DNA from: Corynebacterium glutamicum ATCC 13032
GTDB taxonomy: Bacteria; Actinomycetota; Actinomycetes; Mycobacteriales; Mycobacteriaceae
DNA: 32,000 bases
Assembly (NCBI RefSeq): GCF_000011325.1
Contig: NC_003450.3
Span: 2,130,001-2,162,000, forward strand
Direction: 5' to 3'
The notes under the pieces: generated by a model
Database searches by the model: none
What the model was told of the DNA's origin: nothing
The model's input: the letters and a program-made list of their open reading frames with translations, nothing else
Program-made: the position numbers and the translations under genes
Shown here: positions 1 through 10,067 of the stretch, one piece after another
Layout: each line of letters begins with the position of its first letter
How positions within the stretch are numbered: the first letter of the stretch is position 1

Positions 1-1069
1 ACTGAGAAGCTCCTTGGAGGACCTCGTCCACCACGTCCACGATCTGCGGAAACTTGATTCGCCCGCGCAAAAACGCCTCAGCCGCCTCCTCGTTGGCGGC
101 GTTATACACCGCGGGGTACGTGCCTTTTTGCTTTGCGACGTGCCTAGCCAGCTGCACCGCAGGGAATGCGGCATCATCCACCGGCTCAAAAGCCCAGGTA
201 TGAGCAGCGGTGAAATCCAGCGCCGGCTGAGCCTTCGGCACCCGATGTGGCCAATCAAGCGCCAACGCGATCGGCAGTTTCATCGATGGTGGCGACGCCT
301 GCGCGATGGTCGCACCATCCGTAAACGTGATCATGGAGTGGATGATCGACTGCGGATGCACCGTCACATCAATGAGATCCGCATCCGTTTCAAACAGCAG
401 GGTCGCCTCGATGAGTTCGAGGCCTTTATTAATAAGGGTGGCGGAGTTCAACGTGTTCATCTGCCCCATCGCCCACGTTGGGTGCGCTGCTGCCTGCTCG
501 GGAGTCACCTCCCACATCTTCTCCCTGGTCCAGCCCCTGAAAGGTCCGCCCGAAGCTGTCAGCACAATCCGCGCAACCTCATCACGAGTACCCGAACGCA
601 AACACTGCGCCATGGCAGAGTGCTCCGAATCGACCGGAATGATCTGCCCCAGCTTTGCCTTTGAGGTAACAAACTCACCACCGGCAACCAGCGATTCTTT
701 GTTAGCCAAGGCAAGATGCGCACCAGATTCCAGAGTGGCCAGCGTTGCCGCAAGCCCCAAAGAACCAACCAGAGCATTAAGCACAGTGTCGGCCTTTGTG
801 GTTTCCACCAGAATCTTCGCAGCATCGGTTCCAGAGATGATCTCGCCGCCGAGAGCCTTCGAAATTACTGCGGCAGCCTGTGCATCAGCAACCGCAACCT
901 TGTCTGCAGCCAGCCCCAACTGCTGCGCCTGCGAAATAACGAGGTCTGGCTGAGAACCGCCCGCAGCGATACCCACCACCTCAAACTTGTCTGAATTATC
1001 AGCAATAACGTCCAGCGCCTGAGTTCCAATCGAACCAGTGCTTCCCAAAATAAGGATCTTTTTAGTCAC
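1..1069 (-). CDS. dxr: 1-deoxy-D-xylulose 5-phosphate reductoisomerase (partial; the 3' end runs off the window start)
   Basis: My own minus-strand translation from GTG (1069-1067) gives [21 protein letters not shown]...LANKESLV...[13 protein letters not shown]...[10 protein letters not shown]...LIEA. These are the NADPH-binding GSTGSIG motif and DXR catalytic motifs. It is absent from the ORF track because it runs off the window edge. Confidence 0.93.
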   Translation of the reverse strand, partial: MTKKILILGSTGSIGTQALDVIADNSDKFEVVGIAAGGSQPDLVISQAQQLGLAADKVAVADAQAAAVISKALGGEIISGTDAAKILVETTKADTVLNALVGSLGLAATLATLESGAHLALANKESLVAGGEFVTSKAKLGQIIPVDSEHSAMAQCLRSGTRDEVARIVLTASGGPFRGWTREKMWEVTPEQAAAHPTWAMGQMNTLNSATLINKGLELIEATLLFETDADLIDVTVHPQSIIHSMITFTDGATIAQASPPSMKLPIALALDWPHRVPKAQPALDFTAAHTWAFEPVDDAAFPAVQLARHVAKQKGTYPAVYNAANEEAAEAFLRGRIKFPQIVDVVDEVLQGASQ

Positions 1070-1321
1070 GACTCCCATTCTTGCACTTGTTGGGTAAACG
1101 CACCCACTACACCCATTTGGGGCAATCCAAACGGATGGGTTTCAGGTTATGCCTGCATGATGACTGCGAAAGCGCAGTTGGAAACCTCACAACACCACTG
1201 GTTTTTTCGCTTGACCGCGCAAAATATGAGAACATAGTGAGAGTTAAACCAAGTTCTGTAGGTGCTTGTTGCAGCGGGCGCGAAGGCGTACCACTGCAAC
1301 TTGCGAATAAAGGAGTAAAAC

Positions 1322-1765
1322 GTGGCTGGTTCCTCCCACACGATTGAGCCTGAGATCTACCGCGGTGTATCCACCCTTGATGAGCCTTCGGCTGCATGGG
1401 GATGGCACGGTCTCAAGCGCAACACCATCCAACTCGCTGGCTGGATTTCCGTTCTGTTCATGCTTGGATACAACTTCGGTAACCACAAGGGCCACGTTGA
1501 AACCATCTGGCTTCTCGTCATCACCGCCCTTCTGGTCATCGGCCTGCTGATCCACCTGTTCGAGCCAAAGCTCTCCCAGGTTCGCACCATCACTTCCCGC
1601 AACAAGCCTGTCGGCCACGTCGAGCCAGACTGGACCTACGACCAGGCAACCCTCACCGGCACCTGGGGTAACCTCACTGACTCCCAGCTTCGCTCCGTCA
1701 ACATCGAGCCAAGCCGTGTCGCTCACCTGCGTGCTGCAGATTCTGCGAAAGAACTAGACAACTAG
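1322..1765 (+). CDS. conserved actinobacterial small two-TM membrane protein (DUF2631-like)
   Basis: 147-aa ORF starting at GTG 1322, with AAGGAG 7 nt upstream (aaaggagtaaaacGTG). It has two hydrophobic helices (LAGWISVLFMLGY and IWLLVITALLVIGLLIHLF) and is followed by a strong terminator. The family name is from memory. Confidence 0.75.
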   Translation: MAGSSHTIEPEIYRGVSTLDEPSAAWGWHGLKRNTIQLAGWISVLFMLGYNFGNHKGHVETIWLLVITALLVIGLLIHLFEPKLSQVRTITSRNKPVGHVEPDWTYDQATLTGTWGNLTDSQLRSVNIEPSRVAHLRAADSAKELDN

Positions 1766-1782
1766 TTTTTTAAAAAGAAAAT

Positions 1783-1815
1783 GCGGGTGCTTCGAGATTT
1801 TCTCGAAGCACCCGC
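1783..1815. terminator. bidirectional rho-independent terminator between convergent genes
   Basis: Near-perfect hairpin gcgggtgcttcgaga-tttt-ctcgaagcacccgc, with an A-run on the left and a T-run on the right. It lies between the 1322..1765 (+) gene and the ABC permease (-). Confidence 0.85.
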
Positions 1816-1821
1816 ATTTTT

Positions 1822-3402
1822 CTATTTCACGTGAGTTTTCACCTTGTCGAAGATCTCCGGAAGATCCTTCTCCACCTTGCGAATACACACCTTAGCAACG
1901 CCGATGTACACAGCTACTGGGAGAATAATGGCCAGCACCTCCGCGAGGATGATCATCCACATCTGATCGGTAACCAGACCAAAGATACCCAATGCGATAG
2001 TAGGAATCGTCGGGATCCATCCCAGTAACAGTGCGGCAAATGCTCCCACGAACGCAGCACCGGAATAGCCACTTCGATCGCCCCAAGGACTCGTGCCTGG
2101 CTTAGAAGTCGGATACGGATTAAATGTGGTGACCAACAACGCTACAGCCGCACTGGAGATAAAGATCCCCAGGCCAATAAAACAGATCAGCACAGCGGTG
2201 GTCTTATTCTCCGCGAGCACAATGGTGATGATCATAAACACCACAATTGACACACTTCCCGGCAGCATTGATGCCCAGTGCCTGGGCATCAACAACGTTC
2301 GGGCTTTGACACCAGCAACGATATTTAGCCACAACGAAGGGCCGTCATAGCCAAAATCATTGGTAGCAACGGATCCTGCGAACACTGCCATCATGATCAA
2401 CCCAACATAGATCATGAAAAACTCAACGGTGAAGCTCTGGAAAATAAACAGCACGCCAAGAAGCGGGAACACAATCATTGATCCCAACAACCTGGAGTCC
2501 CTGAACATATAACGCAGCGACCTCGAGAAAATGGCACCTCCAACTGACCAAGGAATACCTGGCAGAAAGAGAACCTTCTTGCCTTCACCGGCGCTGTCTT
2601 TAGCGCTTTGCCCTTGCCCACCTTGGTCCAGCGGCGCAGTGAGCGCGCGATTAATCAGCTGTGACCATAACCAGAAACCAGCAGCAACATAAACAAAAGC
2701 CAGCAATGTTAACAGGCCTGCCTCACCCCACAAACCAACAGCAAAAGCCTCAATAGCACCTGCACCCGCCCCAAATGGTGTCCACTTTGTATAAGCCCCA
2801 ATGGCATCGATTCGACTCATTCCATCCGCGCCAATCAGCATGTTATAGCCAACAACAAACACCATGAAGACAACGGAAGTAAGAACTGTACGGCGATCAT
2901 TACTCACCCTAGAAGAAGAACCCGAGGTCAACGCCCCAAGCAACTCACCCAAAAGCAACGTAGTAACCAGCGATACCGCCATCATGAACACGATCATCGG
3001 CCACGAACCAACAGGTAAAAACACCGCAGCAATAATGGATGTCGCCACCGTACAAATCACCGCAATAATCCCCCGTGACTGCAGGAGCGTACCGATAGCG
3101 AATCCAGGCAATAATTGCTTCGCCGATAGCGGCATGGTGGAAAATGCAGTCGGATCCAGCTGCCCCTCACCTGACGGCCACATAAACGCAGCAATGCAAT
3201 AAGCCACCATGCCGACCGAGACAACACCAGCAAGGATGCCCATGTGGTCTTGCCCAAGCCCAAGAGCCAAAAAGATGCCGAAACCAAACAAACCCATCAA
3301 GGCGTAAAAAGATATCAGCGACATCATCACTATTGCCGCTTTATTTCCTTTAATAGTTCTTCCCCACAACGTCAGCTGTAGTTTCAGAAGTGTTTTAGTC
3401 AT
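1822..3402 (-). CDS. ABC transporter permease, large polytopic membrane protein (ABC-2 exporter type)
   Basis: 526-aa ORF that is highly hydrophobic throughout, with more than 10 predicted helices. Its ATG directly abuts the stop of the upstream ATPase gene (TAAATG junction at 3400-3405). Confidence 0.88.
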   Translation of the reverse strand: MTKTLLKLQLTLWGRTIKGNKAAIVMMSLISFYALMGLFGFGIFLALGLGQDHMGILAGVVSVGMVAYCIAAFMWPSGEGQLDPTAFSTMPLSAKQLLPGFAIGTLLQSRGIIAVICTVATSIIAAVFLPVGSWPMIVFMMAVSLVTTLLLGELLGALTSGSSSRVSNDRRTVLTSVVFMVFVVGYNMLIGADGMSRIDAIGAYTKWTPFGAGAGAIEAFAVGLWGEAGLLTLLAFVYVAAGFWLWSQLINRALTAPLDQGGQGQSAKDSAGEGKKVLFLPGIPWSVGGAIFSRSLRYMFRDSRLLGSMIVFPLLGVLFIFQSFTVEFFMIYVGLIMMAVFAGSVATNDFGYDGPSLWLNIVAGVKARTLLMPRHWASMLPGSVSIVVFMIITIVLAENKTTAVLICFIGLGIFISSAAVALLVTTFNPYPTSKPGTSPWGDRSGYSGAAFVGAFAALLLGWIPTIPTIALGIFGLVTDQMWMIILAEVLAIILPVAVYIGVAKVCIRKVEKDLPEIFDKVKTHVK

Positions 3403-4260
3403 TTACTCAGCCCGATCCTCGTTCTGATTTTGGCCTTCGCTATGGCCTTCGGACGCACCCAACCAAGATAGTGACCCCTCTTGAAGAGCAGCGCCTCCAA
3501 CCGCATCAACGAAGACATCCGTCAAAGATCTGCCCCGACGAACCTCATCCACATGTCCGGCAATCTCCACCACTCCCCTGTTGATGATGGCAACGTGATC
3601 GCACAACCCCTCAACCAATTCCATGACATGCGAACTCAAAACGACGGTTCCACCCGTTTGCGCAAAGTTCTTCAAAATCTGCTGAATCAAACGACCAGAC
3701 ACCGGATCAACCGCTTCCAAAGGTTCATCAAGGATGAGCACTTTCGGATTGTGAATGAGGGCCTGGGCCAAAAGAATCTTCTTCGTCATGCCGGCGGAAT
3801 AGTCGACGACTCTCTTGCCCGCTGCTTCTTTAAGCCCGAGGGCCTCCAGCAATTCCTCACTACGTTGATCAACAATGCCTTCATCCAACTCACGCAATGC
3901 CCCGACATATGTGAGCAGTTCTTTGCCAGTCAAGCGATCAAAGATGGGCAAGCCATCTGCCAACAATCCCATGCTTCGTTTTGCATCGTTTGGCTCTTCC
4001 CACACATTGAAACCCGAAATCCACGCGGTGCCTTTATTCGGCCTCAGTAAACCCGTTGCCATGGACAGCATGGTGGTTTTACCTGCACCATTAGGTCCAA
4101 CGATGCCGTAAATGGCTCCTTTGGGGATGTCCAGATTGATATTGTTCACTACTGTTGCATCACCATAGGACTTGGTTAAGCCCCGAACTGCTAATGCTTG
4201 CGTAGTCGGATCAGTCGGACAAATCTGTGGGGTTCCTTGCGAGTTTTCAGGATCAGTCAT
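3403..4260 (-). CDS. ABC transporter ATP-binding protein
   Basis: Contains Walker A GPNGAGKTT, the ABC signature YSAGMTKK, Walker B LILDEP and an H-loop SSH. It is translationally coupled to the permease. Confidence 0.95.
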   Translation of the reverse strand: MTDPENSQGTPQICPTDPTTQALAVRGLTKSYGDATVVNNINLDIPKGAIYGIVGPNGAGKTTMLSMATGLLRPNKGTAWISGFNVWEEPNDAKRSMGLLADGLPIFDRLTGKELLTYVGALRELDEGIVDQRSEELLEALGLKEAAGKRVVDYSAGMTKKILLAQALIHNPKVLILDEPLEAVDPVSGRLIQQILKNFAQTGGTVVLSSHVMELVEGLCDHVAIINRGVVEIAGHVDEVRRGRSLTDVFVDAVGGAALQEGSLSWLGASEGHSEGQNQNEDRAE

Positions 4261-4393
4261 CGGAGATGAACTTCTTTCGATTCACGTGTCGGCGGCTATG
4301 TGCGTTAGTGCATTGCTATTAGTGAAAAGCACCAATAATACATGCGACGCTACCAGCTGAAGCACAGATGTTCAGGAGCACCTCACCAACGAC

Positions 4394-4437
4394 AAAAGCC
4401 CGTTGTTTTCGCATTTTTGCAAAAACAACGGGCTTTT
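4394..4437 (-). terminator. rho-independent terminator downstream of rlmN
   Basis: aaaagcccgttgtttt...aaaacaacgggctttt forms a 16-bp perfect stem plus inner GC pairs, flanked by A and T runs. It starts 14 nt after the rlmN stop. Confidence 0.85.
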
Positions 4438-4450
4438 GAGCTTTGAGGGC

Positions 4451-5551
4451 TTAAGCAGATTCCTCCGCAGCAAGCTGTCCACAAGCCGCAGCGATTTCTT
4501 GTCCCTTGGTATCACGCACAGTGCATGGAACACCCTTGGCGATCACACGACGCACAAACTCATCCTGACGAGCCTTTGGTGCAGCATCCCACTTAGAACC
4601 AGGAGTTGGGTTCAATGGAATCAAGTTGACGTGCACACGGGAGCCCAAAGCCTTATGCAGCTTCTCGCCCAGCATATCTGCGCGCCAATCCTGGTCATTC
4701 ACATCGCGAATGAGCGCATACTCGATGGAGACGCGACGGCCAGACTTATCTGCGTAGTAACGAGCAGCGTCCAGTACCTCAGCGACAGGCCAACGATTGT
4801 TGACTGGCACGAGAGTGTCACGCAACTCATCGTCTGGAGTGTGCAAGGAAACTGCCAAAGTTACGGACATCTCTTCGTCGGCAAGCTTCCTGATAGCTGG
4901 AGCGAGGCCCACGGTGGAGACAGTCACACTGCGCTGGGAAATGCCGAAGCCCGCAGGGCTTGGCTGCGTGATCTGACGAACAGCCGACACCACGCGCTTG
5001 TAGTTAGCGAGAGGCTCGCCCATTCCCATGAACACAATGTTGGACAGACGACCGCCCTCTGACTGCATCGTTGCAGCAGCATTACGAACCTGATCCACGA
5101 TCTCACCGATTGAAAGGTTACGGTCCAAACCGCCCTGACCAGTTGCACAGAATGGGCACGCCATGCCGCAACCAGCCTGCGAAGAAATACACAGCGTGGA
5201 GCGATCTGAATAGCGCATGAGAACAGACTCAAGCAAAGTGCCATCATGGAGCTTCCATAACGTCTTCTGAGTTGTATCGTCATCGGTTTCGACGACGCGC
5301 AGAGGAGACATCAACGTTGGAAAAAGAGCATCCTTGACTTCTTGACGAGCACCTTCAGGCAGGTCCGTCATAGTGAGTGGGTCAGCCTCGAGGCGACCAT
5401 AGTAGTGTCGAGCGATCTGATTGAGTCGGAATTTGGGCAAGCCGAGCTCTTTAAGAGCCTCAATGCGAGCCTCATCATTAAGATCCGCAAAGTGGGTTGG
5501 GGGCATGCCACGCTTAGGTGCGTTAAAAACCAGTGGTACAGGTGTAGCCAT
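4451..5551 (-). CDS. rlmN: 23S rRNA/tRNA adenine-C2 methyltransferase, radical SAM (RlmN)
   Basis: 366 aa. It has the radical-SAM cluster motif [20 protein letters not shown] and a C-terminal catalytic Cys (AAACGQL), with RlmN-like sequence along its whole length. Confidence 0.95.
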   Translation of the reverse strand: MATPVPLVFNAPKRGMPPTHFADLNDEARIEALKELGLPKFRLNQIARHYYGRLEADPLTMTDLPEGARQEVKDALFPTLMSPLRVVETDDDTTQKTLWKLHDGTLLESVLMRYSDRSTLCISSQAGCGMACPFCATGQGGLDRNLSIGEIVDQVRNAAATMQSEGGRLSNIVFMGMGEPLANYKRVVSAVRQITQPSPAGFGISQRSVTVSTVGLAPAIRKLADEEMSVTLAVSLHTPDDELRDTLVPVNNRWPVAEVLDAARYYADKSGRRVSIEYALIRDVNDQDWRADMLGEKLHKALGSRVHVNLIPLNPTPGSKWDAAPKARQDEFVRRVIAKGVPCTVRDTKGQEIAAACGQLAAEESA

Positions 5552-5643
5552 AATGTCCCTATTCTTTCAGATGTTATGTAATTGTTGAACTTATTGGGCT
5601 GATTTGGGTGGCGGAACGGTGATTCTACGAGTTCAATGGCTGT

Positions 5644-6144
5644 ATGAGCAACAGACCTGTGGATCCATTTGAGACCAACCCAAACGACCTTCCCACCGGT
5701 TTAGACCCAGCATACGAAGGTAACAGTGAGTTAAACCCGCTTGGAGGAAAAAATATTCCCGACGAGCCTGAGGTGACTGCAAACACACCTGCAGTTCAAG
5801 AAGAACCTGCTTACTCGGAGCCAGAAACTGCCGTTGAGTCGAAGCGTCAGGCGAAGCAGAACACAAAGAAGTCCGAACCTGTTGTGGCTCCAAAACAAAC
5901 ACTTGCCGGTGGCACGTGGGTAGCTCTCATCGTAGGCGCACTTTTGCTAATCCTACTGTTGGTCTTCATCATGCAGAACCAAACCACCGTAGAGCTTAAC
6001 CTTTTTGCGTGGACCTTCCAATTCCCAGCCGGAATCGGTTTCCTACTAGCAGCCATTACCGGTGCATTGATTATGGCGCTTGTTGGTGGCGTGCGCATGT
6101 TTGAGTACCGTCGCCAGTTAAGAAAAATCCGTAAAGCCCTTTAA
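5644..6144 (+). CDS. membrane protein with a C-terminal LapA/DUF1049-type domain and a disordered acidic/Pro-rich N-terminus
   Basis: 166 aa. The N-terminal roughly 85 aa are low-complexity. They are followed by two TM helices (WVALIVGALLLILLLVFIM and IGFLLAAITGALIMALVGGV) and a basic tail. Confidence 0.75.
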   Translation: MSNRPVDPFETNPNDLPTGLDPAYEGNSELNPLGGKNIPDEPEVTANTPAVQEEPAYSEPETAVESKRQAKQNTKKSEPVVAPKQTLAGGTWVALIVGALLLILLLVFIMQNQTTVELNLFAWTFQFPAGIGFLLAAITGALIMALVGGVRMFEYRRQLRKIRKAL

Positions 6145-6158
6145 ACTTTGACAGCCAA

Positions 6159-6199
6159 AAAGGCGCTGAGGTGCACACGTTATGCACCTCAGCGCCTTT
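6159..6199. terminator. bidirectional rho-independent terminator
   Basis: aaaggcgctgaggtgca-cacgtta-tgcacctcagcgccttt forms a 17-bp perfect stem followed by caagtttttt. It lies between the convergent 5644..6144 (+) gene and cdsA (-). Confidence 0.88.
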
Positions 6200-6231
6200 C
6201 AAGTTTTTTGAACTTAAAGCTGGCCCAAGCT

Positions 6232-7125
6232 TTACGACGGATACGAGCTGCTGATCACACTCAGGATCAACCACGTCACCATCGCGGCCGGGAGCATGCC
6301 ATCCAAACGGTCCATCAATCCGCCGTGGCCTGGAAGAAGGTTCGACATATCCTTGATGCCCAAATCGCGTTTGAACTGCGACTCAACCAAGTCACCCAAC
6401 GTGGCGCACACAACTAGGGCACAACCCAAGATCACACCCATCCACCAGTGGTGATCGAGCAGGAAGTGAACACTGAGTGCACCAGTGACCGATCCTAAGA
6501 CAATGGAGCCGGCAAAGCCTTCCCAAGACTTCTTCGGACTCACCAACGGCGCCATTGGGTGCGATCCAAAGAACACACCCGCGATATACCCGCCCACATC
6601 CGATGCGATCACACACAGCATGAACGTCAAAATGAAATATGTACCCGGGATGGAATTGTTTTGCATCAGCGACAGCATCGCAGCGAAGCTTCCGAACAAT
6701 GGAATCCAGGTGAGCACGAAGATGCCCACAGAGGTGTCCCTCAAATAGTTGCGGGCTTCTTTTTCCGTGCCATTGTAGAAAATTCGGAAATACATCAGCA
6801 CCAACACAGTGGCCACAAAAGACGCCAAAATGCCCATCGTGCCAAATGGCCATGACAGCCAGATGATTGCCTGACCGCCGATGATCATAATCGGCAGTGG
6901 CAAATGATAGCCGCCTTCTTTAAGTCTGCTACCAACTTCCCATGTTGCTGCAGCCATAAAACCTGCAACGAGGATGTACCAACCCCATGGGCTTAGGACA
7001 ATCCCCAAAAGAACCAGGACCCCCAGTCCGATCCCCACAGCAATGGCAGCTTTGAGATCTCGACCCGCATTATTTTTGGGTTTGGGCATCCTCATGGACC
7101 GGTGATGTTGCTCCGGTTCATTCAT
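6232..7125 (-). CDS. cdsA: phosphatidate cytidylyltransferase (CDP-diglyceride synthase)
   Basis: 297-aa polytopic protein with the CdsA C-terminal signature SQFKRDLGIKDMSNLLPGHGGLMDRLD. AAGGAG lies 5 nt upstream of the ATG at 7125. Confidence 0.93.
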   Translation of the reverse strand: MNEPEQHHRSMRMPKPKNNAGRDLKAAIAVGIGLGVLVLLGIVLSPWGWYILVAGFMAAATWEVGSRLKEGGYHLPLPIMIIGGQAIIWLSWPFGTMGILASFVATVLVLMYFRIFYNGTEKEARNYLRDTSVGIFVLTWIPLFGSFAAMLSLMQNNSIPGTYFILTFMLCVIASDVGGYIAGVFFGSHPMAPLVSPKKSWEGFAGSIVLGSVTGALSVHFLLDHHWWMGVILGCALVVCATLGDLVESQFKRDLGIKDMSNLLPGHGGLMDRLDGMLPAAMVTWLILSVISSSYPS

Positions 7126-7208
7126 GGGTTCTCCTTGAAGTTTCTAACAATGTCACTGTTGATGGTGCCAGCATTTTCGAAAAAATTCTTCCAAACACTC
7201 TTGCAAGC

Positions 7209-7253
7209 AAAAGAAAGCGTCGTTTCCCCGCCCAATCGACGTTGAAACGACGT
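7209..7253 (-). terminator. rho-independent terminator downstream of frr
   Basis: On the minus strand, cgtcgtttc-(17 nt)-gaaacgacg forms a 9-bp stem followed by ctttcttttg. Confidence 0.6.
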
Positions 7254-7282
7254 AATTCTTAAGCCATTGCGATAAAGGTCTT

Positions 7283-7840
7283 CTAGACCTCCATCAGTTC
7301 CTTTTCCTTGCGAGCAACGACTTCATCGACCTGCGCAACAAAACCAGCGGTGACTTTATCTAGTTCTTTTTCTGCTGCCTGTACTTCATCTTCGCCAGCG
7401 TCGCCATCTTTTTGCAGCTTCTTTAGCTGGTCCATGCCCTTGCGGCGGATGTTACGAATGGCAATCTTGCCGTCTTCGCCCTTACCCTTAGCAAGCTTGA
7501 CCATGTCCTTACGACGCTCTTCAGTAAGCTGTGGGATGGTCACACGCAGCACCTGGCCATCGTTGGTGGGGTTAACACCAAGGTCAGAGTTACGGATAGC
7601 ATTCTCAATGACCTGCATGGAAGACATCTCATAAGGCTTGATCAGCAGCATGCGAGGCTCTGGAACAGTGATGCCTGACATCTGAGTAATAGGAGTAGGC
7701 ACGCCGTAGTATTCAGCCATGACACCGTTGAACATAGCCGGGTTTGCGCGACCGGTACGAATGGTGGTCAAGTCTTCGCGGGTGTGCTCGACCGTTGCGG
7801 TCATGCGCTCTTCCGCTTCGAACAGAATTTCATCAATCAT
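7283..7840 (-). CDS. frr: ribosome recycling factor
   Basis: 185 aa with full-length RRF-like sequence ([27 protein letters not shown]). AGGAG lies 8 nt upstream of the ATG. Confidence 0.97.
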   Translation of the reverse strand: MIDEILFEAEERMTATVEHTREDLTTIRTGRANPAMFNGVMAEYYGVPTPITQMSGITVPEPRMLLIKPYEMSSMQVIENAIRNSDLGVNPTNDGQVLRVTIPQLTEERRKDMVKLAKGKGEDGKIAIRNIRRKGMDQLKKLQKDGDAGEDEVQAAEKELDKVTAGFVAQVDEVVARKEKELMEV

Positions 7841-7862
7841 TTATTCACTCCTGTGTTTTTCT

Positions 7863-7916
7863 AACAGCGTGGATTCTGATGGATCCTAGAATCGAACCTA
7901 GATAAGCCACGCTGTT
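7863..7916 (-). other. long nested hairpin in the pyrH-frr spacer
   Basis: The outer 10-bp perfect stem is aacagcgtgg/ccacgctgtt. It encloses an inner stem gattct/agaatc around a GGATCC palindrome. Confidence 0.6.
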
Positions 7917-7932
7917 TATAAGACTAAATGTA

Positions 7933-8664
7933 TCAGGACTCGACCAGAGTACCGATACGTTCACCGCTGATGGCGCGAGCAATGTTGCCTTCAGTAAGCA
8001 GGTTAAACACCAAGATAGGCATCTTGTTGTCCATGCAGAGGCTGAATGCAGTTGCATCGGCAACCTTCAGGCCCTTCTCAATTACTTCCTTTGGAGTAAT
8101 TTCGGTGAAGAGCTCAGCATCTGGGTTGGTACGAGGATCATCGCTGTACACACCGTCAACAGCCTTAGCCATCAGTAGGACGTCACAGCCGATTTCCAAC
8201 GCACGCTGTGCAGCAGTGGTGTCCGTGGAAAAGTACGGCATACCCATGCCAGCACCGAAGATGACAACGCGGCCCTTTTCCAGGTGGCGTTCTGCGCGCA
8301 GTGGCAGATATGGTTCTGCGACCTGTGCCATGTTGATGGCGGTCTGGACACGGCATTCAACGCCATGCTGACCGAGGAAGTCCTGCAAGGCGAGGCAGTT
8401 CATGACTGTGCCGAGCATACCCATGTAATCGGACCGTGCGCGGTCCATGCCACGCTGCTGAAGCTCAGCTCCGCGGAAGAAGTTTCCGCCACCGATAACA
8501 ACGGCAATCTCTGCTCCAGTTTTAGCAACTTCAGCGATCTGACGTGCAACATTGTCTACTACATCAGGATCGACGCCGACTTTGCCACCACCAAACATTT
8601 CACCTCCGAGCTTTAACATCACTCGCTTGTATCCTGTACGGGGTTGTTCACTCGAGGTGGTCAC
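7933..8664 (-). CDS. pyrH: UMP kinase
   Basis: Carries the PyrH motifs [21 protein letters not shown] and [12 protein letters not shown] place the start at GTG 8664 (243 aa) because AAGGAG lies 8 nt upstream. The track start (TTG 8697) adds 11 unsupported residues. Confidence 0.93.
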   Translation of the reverse strand: MTTSSEQPRTGYKRVMLKLGGEMFGGGKVGVDPDVVDNVARQIAEVAKTGAEIAVVIGGGNFFRGAELQQRGMDRARSDYMGMLGTVMNCLALQDFLGQHGVECRVQTAINMAQVAEPYLPLRAERHLEKGRVVIFGAGMGMPYFSTDTTAAQRALEIGCDVLLMAKAVDGVYSDDPRTNPDAELFTEITPKEVIEKGLKVADATAFSLCMDNKMPILVFNLLTEGNIARAISGERIGTLVES

Positions 8665-8940
8665 AGTGGTGTTCTCCTTCAGTAGGGGTTGTGCCAACCG
8701 CTTTTAACATCGGCCACGGGGTACGCCTTGAAAAAATCACAGCAACCAAGAAGCCACTGAGACCCAAATTCAGGGCACCCCTATTCCTGGGATTCGATCT
8801 TACATCGACCCTTGTATTCAATGCGGAAAGACTAGGGGTTTAGGTTAAGAAGTTATAGAAAAATAACTCCACGCAGAATGAAGCCCCACGCACCTGAATC
8901 GATGCGCGGGGCAACCTTCTAAAGTGTTTAAGTCTTTTTC

Positions 8941-8981
8941 AAAACTTAAAAAGGCGAGGTGGGGATCAACAGACACCCACC
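8941..8981 (-). terminator. probable terminator downstream of tsf
   Basis: On the minus strand, ggtggg-(12 nt)-cccacc is followed by tcgccttttt aagtttt. A second hairpin lies further downstream at 8883..8912 (10-bp stem with one G-U pair). Confidence 0.5.
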
Positions 8982-8999
8982 CACAACCTTCAAGTGGCC

Positions 9000-9827
9000 T
9001 TAAGCCTGGCCGACCTCGAAGCGAGCGAAGGAGGTGACGGTAACGCCAGCCTCGTCCAGAAGAGCCTTAACGGTCTTCTTGCTGTCAGCTACCGAGGACT
9101 GCTCAAGAAGTACGTTCTCCTTGTAGAAGCCATTCAAACGACCCTCAACGATCTTAGGGATAGCCTGCTCTGGCTTGCCCTCTTCGCGAGTGATCTGCTC
9201 AGCGATGGAGCGCTCCTTCTCGATGATCTCTGCAGGAACGTCCTCACGGGTGAGGTAAGAAGCCTTCAGAGCAGCAATCTGCATTGCAGCCTGACGTGCA
9301 GCTGCCTCAGCTGCTTCACCTTCACCGGTGAAAGCAACCAAAACGCCAACTGCTGGTGGCAGGTCAGCGGAACGCTGGTGGAGGTAAACAGCGGTCTTGT
9401 CGCCCTCGAGGGTTACTGCGCGACGAAGCTCAAGCTTCTCGCCGATCTTTGCGGAGAACTCCTGCAGAGCTGCGTCTGCGGTCTGTCCGTCCACGTCAAC
9501 TGCTGCGAGCTCTTCCTGGGAGTTAGCCTTTGCAGCTGCTGCTGCGTCTGCAACCTTTGCAGCGAATTCCTTGAAGTCAGAGTTCTTTGCAACGAAGTCG
9601 GTCTCAGAGTTGACCTCGACCATGGTGTTGCCAGAAACTGCAACGAGACCTTCGGTAGCGTTACGCTCTGCACGCTTTCCGACGTCCTTTGCGCCCTTGA
9701 CGCGCAGGATCTCAACAGCCTTGTCGAAGTCGCCAGCGGACTCCTCCAGAGCCTTCTTGCAATCGAGCATGCCGGAACCGGTGAGTTCGCGGAGCTTCTT
9801 AACATCCGCAGCGGTGTAGTTCGCCAT
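9000..9827 (-). CDS. tsf: translation elongation factor Ts
   Basis: 275 aa with an N-terminal UBA-like [20 protein letters not shown] and EF-Ts dimerisation-domain sequence. AAGGAGG lies upstream of the ATG. Confidence 0.97.
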   Translation of the reverse strand: MANYTAADVKKLRELTGSGMLDCKKALEESAGDFDKAVEILRVKGAKDVGKRAERNATEGLVAVSGNTMVEVNSETDFVAKNSDFKEFAAKVADAAAAAKANSQEELAAVDVDGQTADAALQEFSAKIGEKLELRRAVTLEGDKTAVYLHQRSADLPPAVGVLVAFTGEGEAAEAAARQAAMQIAALKASYLTREDVPAEIIEKERSIAEQITREEGKPEQAIPKIVEGRLNGFYKENVLLEQSSVADSKKTVKALLDEAGVTVTSFARFEVGQA

Positions 9828-9965
9828 TACGGGGCGATCCTCCTTATGTATGGATAATTAATGCTTTACAAGCTTAGGTTAGGGCACAGTAGCCCTACCC
9901 GCCCGTCTAAAAAGTGATCGTACAGGTATTCAGTCGATTACGTTGCGACACGGCGGGCTGGCTGC

Positions 9966-10026
9966 CCAAAAAGCCCCCACGGCGATGAAATTTTAAAAGT
10001 CAAAGTTCCATTGTCGTGGGGGCTTT
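9966..10026 (-). terminator. terminator-like hairpin downstream of rpsB
   Basis: A 12-bp perfect stem aaagcccccacg/cgtgggggcttt with a loop of about 33 nt is followed on the minus strand by a U-run. A 9-bp perfect palindrome, taactgcag-aaa-ctgcagtta, sits at 10039..10059. Confidence 0.6.
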
Positions 10027-10067
10027 AAATTGGTCAGCTAACTGCAGAAACTGCAGTTAAGGGCAGC

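Noticed and set aside
14-953. Plus-strand ORFs of 216 aa (14..664) and 215 aa (306..953).
   Set aside because: They lie antisense to a full-length, motif-bearing dxr reading frame. Their translations are Arg/Ser/His-rich and low-complexity, as is typical of shadow ORFs in GC-rich coding DNA.
7878-7902. tRNA-like T-arm sequence (minus strand ctaGGTTCGATTctag) in the pyrH-frr spacer.
   Set aside because: It offers only a 4-5-bp stem with an 8-nt loop. No acceptor, D or anticodon arms can be built around it. I interpret it as part of the larger nested hairpin.
8994-9857. 287-aa plus-strand ORF, and other long antisense ORFs at 4403..5062, 17231..18025, 24526..25485 and 25636..26481.
   Set aside because: Each lies exactly opposite a well-supported conserved gene (tsf, rlmN, lepB, tex). 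None has a recognisable motif or RBS. Their compositions are Cys/Leu/Val-rich or Gly/Val-rich, consistent with antisense translation artefacts.
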